Of a DNA stretch of 64,000 nt, positions 14,301 through 26,900 are shown in pieces (the first letter of the stretch is position 1; each line of letters begins with the position of its first letter). The translations under genes and the position numbers were made by a program. The notes under the pieces were generated by a model. That model was not told where the DNA came from. It did no database searches and saw only the letters and a list, made by a program, of their open reading frames with translations. Source of the stretch: Lytechinus pictus (lineage: Eukaryota); the NCBI RefSeq assembly GCF_037042905.1, contig NC_087251.1, positions 8,248,001-8,312,000 on the forward strand, read 5' to 3'.

Positions 14301-17300
14301 ATTCTATACACTCCATTTATTCTTCTCTTTATTATTTGTTTTTAATTATGTTTAACGTTTCGTATCATTATGAGTATAAATGCCTGATATTTTGGTGTTG
14401 TTTTTTTATAACACTGAAATCAAATCAACTTCAAAATTATGTATACATAAGTTTTTTTTTTTAATTGTTGACTTTGAAATCATGCTCTTGTTATTTCTTT
14501 ATATATTTACCATGTGTTTAGAGCTACAACAGTGAGGCTGTCAAAGGTGTTTATGAATAAATATTAATAATTATCTTTGTTTGAAATGATAGAATTTGGA
14601 AGCACTGCAACATAAATTCACTACTGTCAAGGTATATTTTTAAAATACCTCTATTAATACAGAGATCTTAAAAAACAGAAGAAAAGACCGGATGGGTCTG
14701 CCCCCATCAGATCAGATGAAATCCAAGCAGACACTGGTACTAAAGCTGAGGATGAAGATAGCCAGGAGGAAGAAGAGGAGAAGAATGAGAGGATAGGAGG
14801 AGTGGAAGATAATGAAGTAGAAGAGGGAATGACAGAAAGACAGAATTCACATGAACCATCTGTGTCAAGAAGTGTCTCGCAAAACAGTACTGTAAGTATA
14901 AAATGACACCCTTTTCACCTTCTTCTGATGAAATGGCTCTCTTATCTTTTAATGAATCTTAACCTCTAGTAAGCCATTTTGGTAAATATTTTTTTCAAAC
15001 ATGTCTACTGGAGGTGAAAATGCCAAAAGCAGGAAAGATTTGGGGTTTATTTTTGATAAAATAAAATATGCAGTAGATCAAGTTAGTCAATTTGTTTGTA
15101 CATGCTACTCTGAATTTTTAAATGAGTACTGTATGCCTAATGCCTATTATCTTTGGTCATTTTGACCTCCAATTAGAAAAAAAATAGATGATGGAGGTTG
15201 TTATTAAAACTTAAATATGCATTCCTGTATCTAGAAATATTTACATTATTTTTTTTCTCTTCTTTGTGTTTTAAATATATTGCATTATATGATATTGAAT
15301 GCTTTTACAAATATTTATTCTGATATATTTTTTTCTTGATGATTAGATTCTTGTTGATATTCATGAGTTCTCTTCTTTATTGTACATAGAATGCAATCCA
15401 ACCACCAGCCAAAAGAGGCCAAAAGGTAAATATAATTCAAATTCAAAATTATGTTACCTTTTATGTTTTCATATTTTTAATGCCATTTTACTGCATGTGT
15501 AAAAACAAAGCATTTTTCTATAATGAATGCATTGAAAAAAAAAAAAAATTCAAGTTGAGAACATGATGTCCCCCCTATCGTTATTTTTATACCTACCCTC
15601 TCCCCCTTCAGTCTCTCTTTCTCTTTTTCTCCTGTTCTTCTGTTTCTCTCCAGATCTTGCTCTGTATTTGCTTATTTATATATACATACTGATGTGTGTT
15701 ATGCATATTGTAATGCATGCAGATCAGTTGCAACATTTTTTACCAGAAAATTGTGTATGAATTGTTATCTTATAAATATCCGAAATCGATTTTTTTTTTA
15801 TCTGATCAAATCAGCTATTCTTACAAGAAAATGAGTCTTATGAAGTTAAATGTAGGAACATGTATATCTCCCTTTTCATTCCAGCACAAACAGAAGAAGA
15901 TCAAACAGAAGTATAGAGATCAAGATGAGGAGGAGAGAAGACTTAAGATGGAAATCTTGGCAGTAAGTAAAATTGATTATAAACCAAATGGGTGTGAATG
16001 ATTTACTAAAGTTGTATATTGTGCTTACTTCCATGGAATAAAAAAATGATATTAATTGATTACTGGACCCTGTAGCACAAAGATTTGTGATCAATTACTT
16101 ATTTAAAATGAAATTATTAATTGAAAGTAGATTTGTTGAAAACTGCTCATGCAACAGTCATCTTGATCAGCCATTGCCATTGTGCAATAGATTGAAACCA
16201 TTGTGGTACTGGGTGTAGAACATTTAACAAGAATATGAAAATTATGGGTTCAACTCTGAGATATTAAAGAAAGTGTCTAGTTATCTTTATATCCTACATA
16301 AATTAAATCCTGTCTGCTGATTGATTTAAATAGCATCACATGACCAAAATTATTCTCACTATTTTGCGATGATGTTGAAAATGAATTGCCCACTGAAGAA
16401 AATTTACTATTCCATGACGTCAATGATGGAATAGTGCACTATTCCATCATTGACGTCACAGATCTTGCAATCTCTAGGGTGCACCGGTCAGCGAGGTGAC
16501 TCTACCAGGCACAAATCCGCATTCTGCTGAGCATGTGGCTTCAGGAAAAGTAGGTCAATCAGTGCTGCGAGTTATCTTTATTTTGGTTCAGATTAAACAA
16601 AGATAAACTATGAGTAGTTCTGACTTATTAAATGTAGGATATAAAATACCAGGCCTTTATTTCGGAAGTAGAGAGGGAATTATTCATCCTCGGTTGTACT
16701 GGCAAAATTACTATTTTCCCCTTGGTGCTTTGTCCCTCAGGGAAAAATAGTAATGCCAGTCAAAGCCTGGTATATTTGTATACTGCGTATAGTGCGTTGT
16801 GTGTAAACGTCTCTCCCCTGTTTCATAGATGCAGGCTATATTACAGTGGAAAACACTCCGTCCCTCGGATAGGACGTTAAATGGAGGCCCCGTGTAGAGG
16901 AGAATCACCACCTTTGCACGTTAAGAACCGACTGCACTATTTGAATAAGAGTAGGGGGAAACCCCGGTGTAGTGGTCCACCTGCATTCCCCAACCAGTTA
17001 TCGGGAGGAGAGACCTGCGGGTCACAGTTCTGTGTGCGCGCCCTTCTTGGCGACCCAGATTGGCTGGCTCCTCCAATGCGCCTTTGAATGTCTTTGACAG
17101 ATATATGGCGCTATACAAATGCTGTGCATCATCATCATATACTATTTCTGACTAGTGAAAAGCAATTACTCAATGTTTTCTCCACCTAGCTGTAACCATG
17201 GCAATCTCATATAACCCTTTATATCTATACATCTCTCACTCTTTCTGTCTGTCTTTCTCTATCTTTATGTCTGTGTGTGGCTCTGTCTATTTATCTATAT

Positions 17301-20300
17301 GCGTCTCTACTCTGTCTCTGTCCCTCTCTCTCAACAGTCTGCAGGTAATTCTAAGGAGGTCAAGGGCAAGAAAGGAAGGAAAGCCAAGCGACAAGAGGAG
17401 CAACTCAAACAAGCATATCAACACCATCAACAAAGACAAAATAAGAACTCTAAACAACATCAACACCAAAAGCAACATAGCAGTAAAGACAGCCAACAGA
17501 ATTCACAAAGAAATTATAGTAAGAGACAAGGCATGTCAGTATCATCCCAAGGAGGTCAGGAGCAGGGTCAAGTGTCAGAGGTCATAGAAGAGATTCAAGG
17601 AGCTGACACTGAAGTGGCATCAGAGGAGATAGTGGAAGGAGATGGAATAGAGAATGCAGGACAGTCAGGTAAGAGGAAACTGTCAATTCAGAATTATCTT
17701 CTTCAGTAAAATTTGGATAAAATCACAACAATTTACTCTTAGCAATGCGATGCATTCTGGGACAAAATAGACTAAAAATTTAGATCTTCCTCTGATCGGC
17801 TACTTTCTTGTCAACTTTTAATATATATTTTTTGTGAACAGAGATATCTTTTCACTGTTACTATTGCAGATTCGAGTTTTTGGTTGATAAAAAAACCATA
17901 TATGTCTGCTGTAGCATAAAGAAAAAATCAAATGATGTGCTCATGTTTGGGAAAGTTAGGTAACTTTAGCAAGGAGGAAATAATGGGGTGCTTCTATAAA
18001 TATCTATGCATATGCCTAGCAACATATATGATCATTTTAGTCCATGGCTAGGATTTTCTGTGTGTCATTTGTTATGATGATTGCTACATATTATATAGAT
18101 GACTATTTTGATAAATTCTTAAAACATTGTAAAAAATATATTTGGTCATTCTTTCTCCACTTTTGTATCTTACTCAAAATTTCAAGGAAAATACAATGTT
18201 TTGTGATCCTTATTGATGTCTTGCTAACACAAAATACCATGCGAGGAATTTTTTTTCTTTTAGGTATGATTGTTTATATTGACTTTGTATATTAAACAGA
18301 AGAATCATCTATCAAGCCTGTAGTAAAGACACATGTCTGGGAAGCTAAGAAAAGGAAAGGAACCACTGATGAACAAAATAAGGTACTGGTATTCTATTTC
18401 TCCTTTTCTCTCTCAATTCAAGACTAACTGCTAATTGTTACACCTGTGAAATGTTGCAAACTGAGTTTAAAAGAAAATACATTAAAGTATGAGAGGGAGA
18501 GATTGAATGACAAACAGAAACAGATTTACAGACAAAATGATAACATAGCTGGCTAGCAATAGGGCAATAGGGCTACTCTTGCTACAATAATGGCAAGCTT
18601 TCAGAAATATACTTACTTCCCCTTTCATTGCTTGTCTGTATCCCCATTGTATCAGAATTGACAATTTTTTTCTTTGATTCATAGGAGGAGTCTGATGATG
18701 AGATAGATGCAGCTGATGCTAATTCAAGATTGATGGAGGTAGATTACAAACAAAGAAATTATGACCTAAAATATTTTTCAGTGTAGACCACAGGTTAGCG
18801 TGCAAGACACTAAATATTTTAAATGTGTATAAAGAATGCAATGTCATAAAGAAACAAATTAAAATTTTCCTCTCGCTATTTTGTTTGCTTAGATTCAGAT
18901 ATTTATGTTATTGATGTGTTATAGGTATAATCACATGCATTTAGTGCAATCATTTTGGGCCACAATGTGCATGGATTTAATCAAGATAAGTTATAATTGG
19001 CATCAGGATACACATATGTACAGTATTTTATATGTCATTTAAGAATTATTAACATTAGAATTTGCTGTCATTTCTAATGTTCCCTTGCTTCCATTCATAA
19101 GATATTGTATCTATCATGTGTCATTTTATTGGTGTGTATTAGGTATTATGCATATTTTTAGTGACTAAAGACTTTTCTTTGTATTAGAGATGTAATGACT
19201 GGTATAAAAAAACAATTGAAGGCTGCTGCAATGTAAAAATGAAATACCAAGCTTATGTAGAAATTAATTGATGAGATTTTTTTTTTTTCAGGAGAGTGTA
19301 TCTGTTTTAGATACCTTGACTGGTTGTCCTGATCCTGAAGATCTTCTCCTGTTTGCCATACCAGTATGTGCTCCTTATAATGTTATGAACAATTACAAGT
19401 AAGTTAATCAGTCGTTCATTCATATACATCTAAATTCTCTTTGATCTCAGGATTTAAGTCCTTCTACATGTGTTGAATGAAGACTTCAAGTTGATAAATA
19501 TTCTTCTTCCCTTGGCATGTTATTTGTAGACTTTATTCTCACTCAAGTTAAGTTCAGTTCTATTTTTAGTTGTTTCTGGAATGTAATAACTTTTTCATTC
19601 TGTCACTTTCCCCAAAAAATAAAATGTAAAATTGTATGATACAAGTATAAGAATTTTTTCCTTGAAACGAAATCACAAGAGTTAAAGATTTACTATTCAA
19701 AGTGAGCCAGTTGTGAGAGGAAACATTTCAAATCGTGCTCAATTATTAACACATCATATTTGTAGTACATTCTTACATTAATTAAGTCATCCAAATATTG
19801 TGAAATCATGAAATTCCTTAAATTTTTAGTCCAAATTTGGGTGGTCATTCAATTGTTTTTTTTTTTATCAACTTCATCTTTTAATGGTTACAACAGCCTC
19901 AATTAATAACTTAAAGTAGAAAGCATAACATTATTTGTGTTTTAAAATTGATTTTCTACAGATTTAAAGTCAAACTTACTCCTGGAACAAGCAAAAAGGG
20001 AAAAGGTACATACATTTGAAAACTTATTCTGTAACTTTATAATATTGTATTAAACCTGTGTTTGCATCATTGTTAAAAGTTTGACAGATATTAACAAGTT
20101 AATGTGTATATATTGGGTTGATAATGAATTGATGATATTATTGGAAATATTATTTGAAAATAACTTTCAATAGAAGAAATAAATATTTATTGTTTTGTTT
20201 TGATCAAAGAAATAAGACTGGCAAAGGTTATATTCCTTATTGATTTCAAGATTGCATAATCCTCTTTCAAAGATGAACAATATTTGTGTATGCAGCTTTA

Positions 20301-21516
20301 TCAATTACATTATTATTTTGTTTTATGCTTCATAGGTCAAATATTGTTTGTCACATATGACCGATTAATGTCTTATATACTTGACTTGAATGACTAATAT
20401 ATTGAAATAGTATTTGACCCATAGTTTTACTTGTTGTATATGGCTAAGTAGTATCGTATGACACATGAATTACGTTTCCACAGACAAGTTTTGAACTGTA
20501 TGTGACTCACTATTTGACTTTAATATGGTAATTGTAACTGTTACATATGACTCACATGTGACCAATATATAACTTTTCTTCTGTGTTTGTCTATTCTATT
20601 CCTGATCAGCTGCTAAGACTTCTCTTAATATGTTTCAACACTCCAAGGAAACAACACCAAGAGAGAAAGATCTTTTTAAGGGAGTCAAGGTTTGTATTCA
20701 AAATACTTATAGTGTTCATCCTAAATAAACTGATCCACATTTATGAAAGTATACTGAATATTGGTGTGGTTTTATTGAAAGTTTGATATCTAGTATTTTT
20801 TAAATTTATCCATCCACCAGAGATGGTCTCTGAAAGTAATATATCTGCCTGTCCATTTTTTTGTCCTTATGATATGAGACATTTCTTGACTCATACAGGT
20901 GGGACAGTAAAGTTATTAGATTTGGGGGTAATGAGAGTAAGGGTCAAATATTACAATTATATTATACTTATAATAAATTTTCAAATTCTTTAAAATCTTT
21001 ATTATGAATTTGCAATATATTTCTTATATTGGCTGATTTGTGCATCTCAACTACTCACAGTTACACATCCATTTGTTATTGATACAGAAAACTTTCATCA
21101 TTCAGGGATGATGAATAAAATAATCTTTAAACTTCAACCAACATGATCAATTATTTAGGGCGAGCTTTCAACCACTCCTGTGGACTTTCTCAAGCCAATT
21201 GATCAGTCACACACCATTTATTTTGTTTTTGTGTGTTTTTTTAGAGAGAGACAAACAAGGTTTTTAATTAATGTATCTATTTCAGTTCTGCAACACATCC
21301 AAGTGTATAACATTAAATGATATTGATGTAATTTCAAGTTCATTTGGTGTTACCAAGTATTATCTCTATGTATAGTTTCAGTTCAGTGCTATGAAATCAG
21401 CTTTATGACCTGTTGTTTTTCTATATTTTTTTCTTCAGGATGCAGATCTTTCAAGGAATATACCAGGGAAGGTGAAGCTGTCTGCTCCAAATCTCAATCA
21501 GAAGAGAAAGAAATGA
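175..21516 (+). CDS. NEMF: NEMF / Rqc2 ribosome quality control factor, 5'-partial, 28 coding exons (~955 aa visible)
   Basis: Hand-spliced GT-AG exons: 175-245, 3373-3448, 5003-5065, 5427-5504, 6008-6055, 6728-6888, 7527-7637, 7896-7959, 8864-8952, 9216-9319, 9608-9670, 10006-10176, 10573-10631, 11101-11193, 11660-11777, 12527-12716, 13608-13758, 14241-14278, 14663-14891, 15390-15425, 15885-15962, 17338-17668, 18300-18382, 18685-18738, 19292-19398, 19962-20005, 20610-20689, 21439-21516 (TGA). Total 2868 nt with frame conserved. NEMF motifs recognised: [85 protein letters not shown] (NFACT-R), [73 protein letters not shown] (NFACT-C). Confidence 0.96.
556..1700 (-). mobile_element. Degraded L2/CR1-group LINE remnant (endonuclease traces plus 3' tail)
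   Basis: Minus-strand traces [24 protein letters not shown] and DFNC resemble APE endonuclease motifs. The 3' end near 556-640 resembles the LINE end near 26205. Boundaries approximate. Confidence 0.5.
2012..2769. mobile_element. Kolobok-like MITE (TTAA TSD)
   Basis: TIR AGGGGAATCCA(G/A)CC, flanked by TTAA at 2008-2011 and 2770-2773. Confidence 0.85.
2294..2464. mobile_element. Palindromic MITE (PIF/Harbinger-like) nested in the 2012-2769 element
   Basis: ~65-bp inverted arms (gtttcataaagctgtt..aagagcgactttaagaacgactggtgatcc) with CTG/CAG flanks. Related ends near 12091 and at 51485-51631. Confidence 0.75.
3500..4117. mobile_element. hAT-type MITE with 8-bp TSD
   Basis: TIR TAGG(CCC/GCT)GGGACT; exact 8-bp TSD AAAATATA (3492-3499, 4118-4125); subterminal CCCG/GGGTA motifs. 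Confidence 0.88.
5205..5393. repeat. Imperfect (GAT)n microsatellite in a NEMF intron
   Basis: Run of GAT/AAT/GGT triplets between exons 5003-5065 and 5427-5504. Confidence 0.95.
8420..8595 (+). mobile_element. Short 3'-end fragment of a CR1-group LINE
   Basis: gcaattcggccttagccgcg stem-loop, AATAAA and (TATC)n tail. Same end structure as the minus-strand LINE end at 54285-54345. 5' boundary approximate. Confidence 0.55.
16286..16776. mobile_element. Non-autonomous element with asymmetric inverted repeats and a terminal hairpin (Crypton- or Helentron-like, unassigned)
   Basis: tttatatcctacat (16286-16299) pairs with atgtaggatataaa (16632-16645), followed directly by a hairpin ataccaggc...gcctggtat (16646-16773). 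Internal perfect 44-bp palindrome. Confidence 0.6.
16785..17138 (+). mobile_element. Deu/Nin-domain SINE (DeuSINE), 5'-truncated
   Basis: Central ggataggacgttaaatggaggccccgtg...gcacgttaagaacc...aagagtaggggaaaccccggtg resembles the Deu domain (recalled, not searched). L2-type 3' tail gcgcctttga...ggcgctatacaaatgc followed by (CAT)n. Confidence 0.72.
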
Positions 21517-22795
21517 TAGGATTTAAGGTTTAGATATCCACGACATAGTCTTCCTTGTATTTTGATAATGTAAGATGTATTTCAAGACATTTAATAATAA
21601 TGTAAGATGTATTTCAAGAACTTATTATTACCATCTCTGCATTATATTGTAATGCTTTAATAAGTTTGAAATCCAAGCTTGTTAATGCAGTCACCGCTCT
21701 GACAACAAAACCTTGTTTCTCACAGAGTGAAAAAACGTTCAGGAGAGTGGGGAAAAACATGGCAGCCAAACACTGTTTTCAATATGAAATTGTTCCCTTT
21801 GAAAATGTGTAGTTGCTTCATGTTTTAGATAGAGAGCTTTGATTTGCATTTTTTAAATGGACATCCTTTGGTAGATCTAGTCATTCAAACTTAAAAGTGA
21901 TTTTCCTAAATATTTGGAGTACAAGGTCTTGTAGCCCTAGTAGTGCATGTAATTGTTCCATTTAAGTCCATTTGTAATTAACTTTTTGACTATTTATCAG
22001 TACTGCATCTTGTAAGAAAAGTTCAGATGTGAAGGTTTTCATAAGTGCAGATTTTAAATTTAATTTTAAGTGGATTCAGTGACTCATAACCTGAGGTGGT
22101 ATTCTCGAACACTGTCTTAACTTTTGTCATAAATTTTGTCATTTCTCCCCAAGATGTGATACCGCTATGATTGTCACAAATTGTATTCTGAACATTGTCT
22201 TTTCCCTGTTATATCTCTCTAAGTTTCTATCCATCTTTTCGGAGGCAAACCAATCAAAATCACTGTTAGTTCCGAGTGGGAGCCCTTCTAAGCAATGGGA
22301 AGGCCCAGGGCCACATGGAGCGTCTGAGTAGCTGGCATTGTACAATTGCACATATATACATGTGCTTAATTACAAAGAGTAACAGAGGAAAAACAGAAAA
22401 AAGGGAAATATGTAGGGCCTAACTACCTGTAGCATGAAAAATATTTTTGAAAAATTGTGATGGATGAAGAATGAAATTGATACAAAAATCTAATTTTAAA
22501 AATATTGTACGCTTGACATATTGTTGGGTTGTTATTGGAATATTATGGTACTAAAAGAAATGACAAACTTTAGGACTGCTAGACCCTATCATAAATGTTA
22601 TCATTTCATTTACTTGTATATTTGAATTATATGCACATTTATGAACTGCATATTTTTGTGTGGGCTAAAGACAAAATTTATGACAATTTTATGAAAAAAG
22701 GTATGACCTCCACCAGAATACCGATTTTTTCATATCTCTGTGAAAAGACAAAATATTGAGAAAAGACAATGTTCAGAATACCGCCTTTGATTATA

Positions 22796-22938
22796 CAGGG
22801 ATGCCAGTTTTCAGGCAAAAGCCTGAATTCAGGCTCTGGCAGTTTATTTTCAGGCCATAGTTTTAGCATTTTTGTGTACAAAATATTGTATTCTAGGTGA
22901 TTTTCAGGCCCTCTGATCAATTCCAACTGGCATCCCTA
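22796..22938. mobile_element. 143-bp MITE with 6-bp TSD (hAT-like)
   Basis: TIR (C/T)AGGGATGCCAGTT; TSD ATTATA (22790-22795, 22939-22944). Confidence 0.8.
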
Positions 22939-23217
22939 ATTATAGTATATTACTTCTAGCTGGTGAGGAAGGATGAATGGCAGCAGTAGAATCATACATC
23001 AGCATGATGGGTCGTATTTTCTGCCTATGTTCTCTCTTTTCATATTGAAACATTTCTGAAATTGGGCAAGAGGTATCATTTAATTACATAAGATGGTATA
23101 AACAAACAAATTAAATGGTTATAGAGGAATGTGTTGGGTTGTAAGGAACATTAATAATTGGTAAATTATGCTGGATAATCATGATGGCATGGTTTTGTGA
23201 AATTTAGCATAGCAATC

Positions 23218-23435
23218 TGTACTGACCGCACAGAAATGTTGTTAGCGCTAGCAATGCGCTAACAGAGGCTTTGTTACAACCGGTAATATAGCAGCGGTGC
23301 CTAATGTTACAACAATGCATTACTTACACATTGTATACATTGAAATAAATGTTTTGACTGCACAATCCGAAAGATGTGAATGGGCTTACTGTTAGTGCTC
23401 TGTTTGGCTAACAATGTTTCTGTGCGGCTGGCACA
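23218..23435. mobile_element. MITE downstream of the NEMF stop codon
   Basis: Imperfect inverted ends ccgcacagaaatgttgttagc / gctaacaatgtttctgtgcgg. Confidence 0.6.
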
Positions 23436-23929
23436 GGCCGTTGTAAAGAAGTGATGTCATAGAACAAATGTGAATGAAACATTTGAATTGAAACAATGAG
23501 ATTATATTGTTAATTTTAACCAAAAAGAAAATTCGAATTGAGAATGATTGACTGATATCTACTAGGATGTAGTTTGCTGACATACCAGCATGGTGAAATT
23601 CACACTATAATTGACAGGTGGCTTGATGTAATCAACATTATTGATTTGGAATGTTGGGCTTTAGGAAGAATGATGTTCATTACAGGAAGGTAGATTTCAG
23701 TAATGTACATCATTCCTTTCTCAGTCAGTCAACCCTTTGAACTTGCTTTATGCTAGTTTGTAATTTATTTGCAAATATGATACTACATTTGAATTTCCAT
23801 TTTCCTTCTCTCAACACAACATACAATACCTCTTTATTTCATCTTTAACATACTCTGGGTAACTGGATTATTAATTTTCAAAGGTTGGTAGCTCTGTTTT
23901 AACAATATACAAATAGCGAATAGGTATGA

Positions 23930-26900
23930 TAGTCGGGCAGCATATGTCATCTACTTCGACAAATTGGCTAAGTCTGATTTTTCACTTTTATGTGATTGGT
24001 GACATCACAAGGAACAACTTTCAACTTGGTGACAAATTTCTAATGGTCATCTTGACCATGTGAGGGGTCAAAATGTGGTCAATAGGGGTCTATTTTGGAA
24101 ATTGCCCCGATTGTGTCGAGTCATACATCAAATTGTTTGTTTTGTTATACTGAACAAGAAAGTGTACACAACCATATGCTCTTGACCTCCCGTTAGAAAG
24201 TTATGACCGGAAAGGTAAAAAGGGCAATGAACTTTCGAGAAATGGCAAATTACACTGAAATTGTTAAGAATGCTCTTTTCCGTGTTTTTACGCATGTGTG
24301 TACTTTTTTATTTTCGATTTTGATAATTCCATCGTTAGAAGTCCTTATCCAGAAGATATAAAGGGTCAAGACAAGGTCAGGGAAAGGTCAATAGCCACAA
24401 ACTTTCATTGGTAGCCAAAATACACTAAAAGCGATTAGAATCTTAGAAGTTGGTTCTTTATTTTGAAAAGACTCTTTCTAAGAAGACATCCATTAGATGT
24501 GCTCACTTCGGAACAAAATAGAGATACCGGTAGACGTTGAATACATTCAGTAGTATTGCAGGAATACTTTGAAACGACTTGACAAACCCTAATGCCCTTA
24601 AAATCGTATCATCTTCATGATGTTATAAGTGCAACCAGCTCTTTCCTAGTTTCTTGATTTAGGAATTCAATTCAAGTTCAATTCATTTTCCATTTACTAG
24701 TTTTTGATATGTAAAGAAGCATTTTATCCATTTGCTTTGTACAGAATATTTTAATCAATAGAAATGATTGTAATGTATTGGGGTATATATGTGTAATACT
24801 ATGTTAACAGAGTAAACACACCGATTGATCAGTGCTTCCAGCTCCTAAGAAAGATGCCTAACATCTTATTTGGATTAACTTGCGAATAAGATAATGAGGT
24901 TAGGATTGAGAATGATGTGATAAGTAGTGCTCCAATTGCTCCTTAATTAATTCTAATGTGACGTTATTTCTGACAATTTAGAGGCAACATCGTGCAGGTA
25001 TGCTCATTGTAATCAGTCCTGGGTGTCCATCATGCTGATGTGATATATTCTGACCATTACTCGATGTTTGGAGCCAAGAAGGACTACACATTTCTGATTA
25101 TGTGCTGCCATTAACATGGCTTGTACTATTTTATCCTCGGATTTTATCAAGTGTGTTTTTTTCCATGAGCACACAACATGAAACTAAACTTAATATAAGA
25201 TACAGATTTTGTGTTTTTTCTTTTTTCGTTCTTGTTTTTCCGTACTTGCTGAACTACCTGGATGTTGCTAGAAAGAATAATCACATATGTCCATATGTCG
25301 ACCACGGCCATACCGCAGCGGGGGGGGGGGGGGGGGGGGGGGGGGGCTGCCCTTAGAAATTGTGAAGACTTGCATTTTTTACTGAAAAATAAATATAATT
25401 GACCAAAAGTATGCACGAAATCCTTAAATTTCACTTTGCAAAATGCAAAAGGGCCCCAATGATAAGCTCAGAACAGCACATGCACCAGAAATGTGTAGTC
25501 CGTCTTGGCTCCAGAGATCGAGTAATGGTCAGAATATATCACATCAGCATAATGGACACCCATGAATACAATGAGCATGCCTGCACGATCGATGTTGCCT
25601 CTTTGCCAGAAATAATATAACCGTCACACATTAGAATTAATTTAGGAGCAATCGGAGCCCAACTTATCTTCAATCCTAACCTCATTATCTTATTCGCAGG
25701 TTAATCCAAATGAAATGTTAGGCATCTTTCTTAGGAGCTGGGAGCACTGATCAATTGATGTGTTTATTCTGTTAACATAGTATTATACTTATACCCCAAT
25801 ACATTACAATAATATATGTTAATTAAAATATTCTGTACAAAGCAAATGAAGAAAATACTTCTTTACATATCAAAGACTAGTAAATTGAAAATGAATTGAA
25901 CTTGAATTGAATTCCTAAATAAATAAAAAAACTCGGAAAGAGCTGGTTGCACTTATCAAACCATAAGATAAGATTTTAAGGGCATAAGGGTTTGTTAAGT
26001 CGTTTCAAAGTTTTAATGCAATACCATGATACCACACTGAATGTATTCAATGTCTATCTCTGTTTATCTATTTTGTTCCTAAATAAGCACATTTGACCCC
26101 TTTATATATAATGTTTTCTTAGATAGAGACTTTTCAAAATAAAGAACCCACAAAAAATTAGACTTCTAAAATTCTAACCGCTTTTAGTGTAATTTGGCTT
26201 CTAATAAGATAAGATTGATTTTATTTATACATGGTTAAAAAGCCCAAACAGTTCACAGACTGATTTCCATTGGTTCCGTGTGGAACATAATATACAATTG
26301 ACATAGTAAATATTTTAAAACCAGTGTTTAACGAACAATATATATGAAAAAATATGTTAACCTAAACAGAAGCATCAATGAAATATTACAAAGGAATCAT
26401 TGAAAGGTGAAGAGGAGGGGAGGAGAAGAAAAAAGGAAGAAGAAGAAGGGAAAAGTGAGGAGAAGAAAAAGACAACGAAGAAGATAACAGAAGAGGAAAA
26501 AAGAATAATAATGATAATAAGAAAAAGACGAAGAAATTATATACCGTTCTCAAAAACATCAATAACATACAACATGAAATATCTATCGGTAATTCGAACA
26601 ATGCGGTGCATACATGGTAATAGTAAATGTGAACATGAAAAAGTAAAATGTCAAAGTAAATACATGTTTCTATAATGGCCAATCGAGCACAAGAAAATGA
26701 ATACATGATTTATCAATGTTAAAAGCTAAACACATAAAAATGACTGGAAAATTTATGATAACTAAACATGCACTGAACATAATTATAAAGCATTAAAAAC
26801 TTGGTTAATACTGAAGCTTGCCATATATAAAGCAAAACATATAAACGATTGGAAAATAATACATGTACTGGGAACAGTAAATAGAAATTGTCTGTTGATG

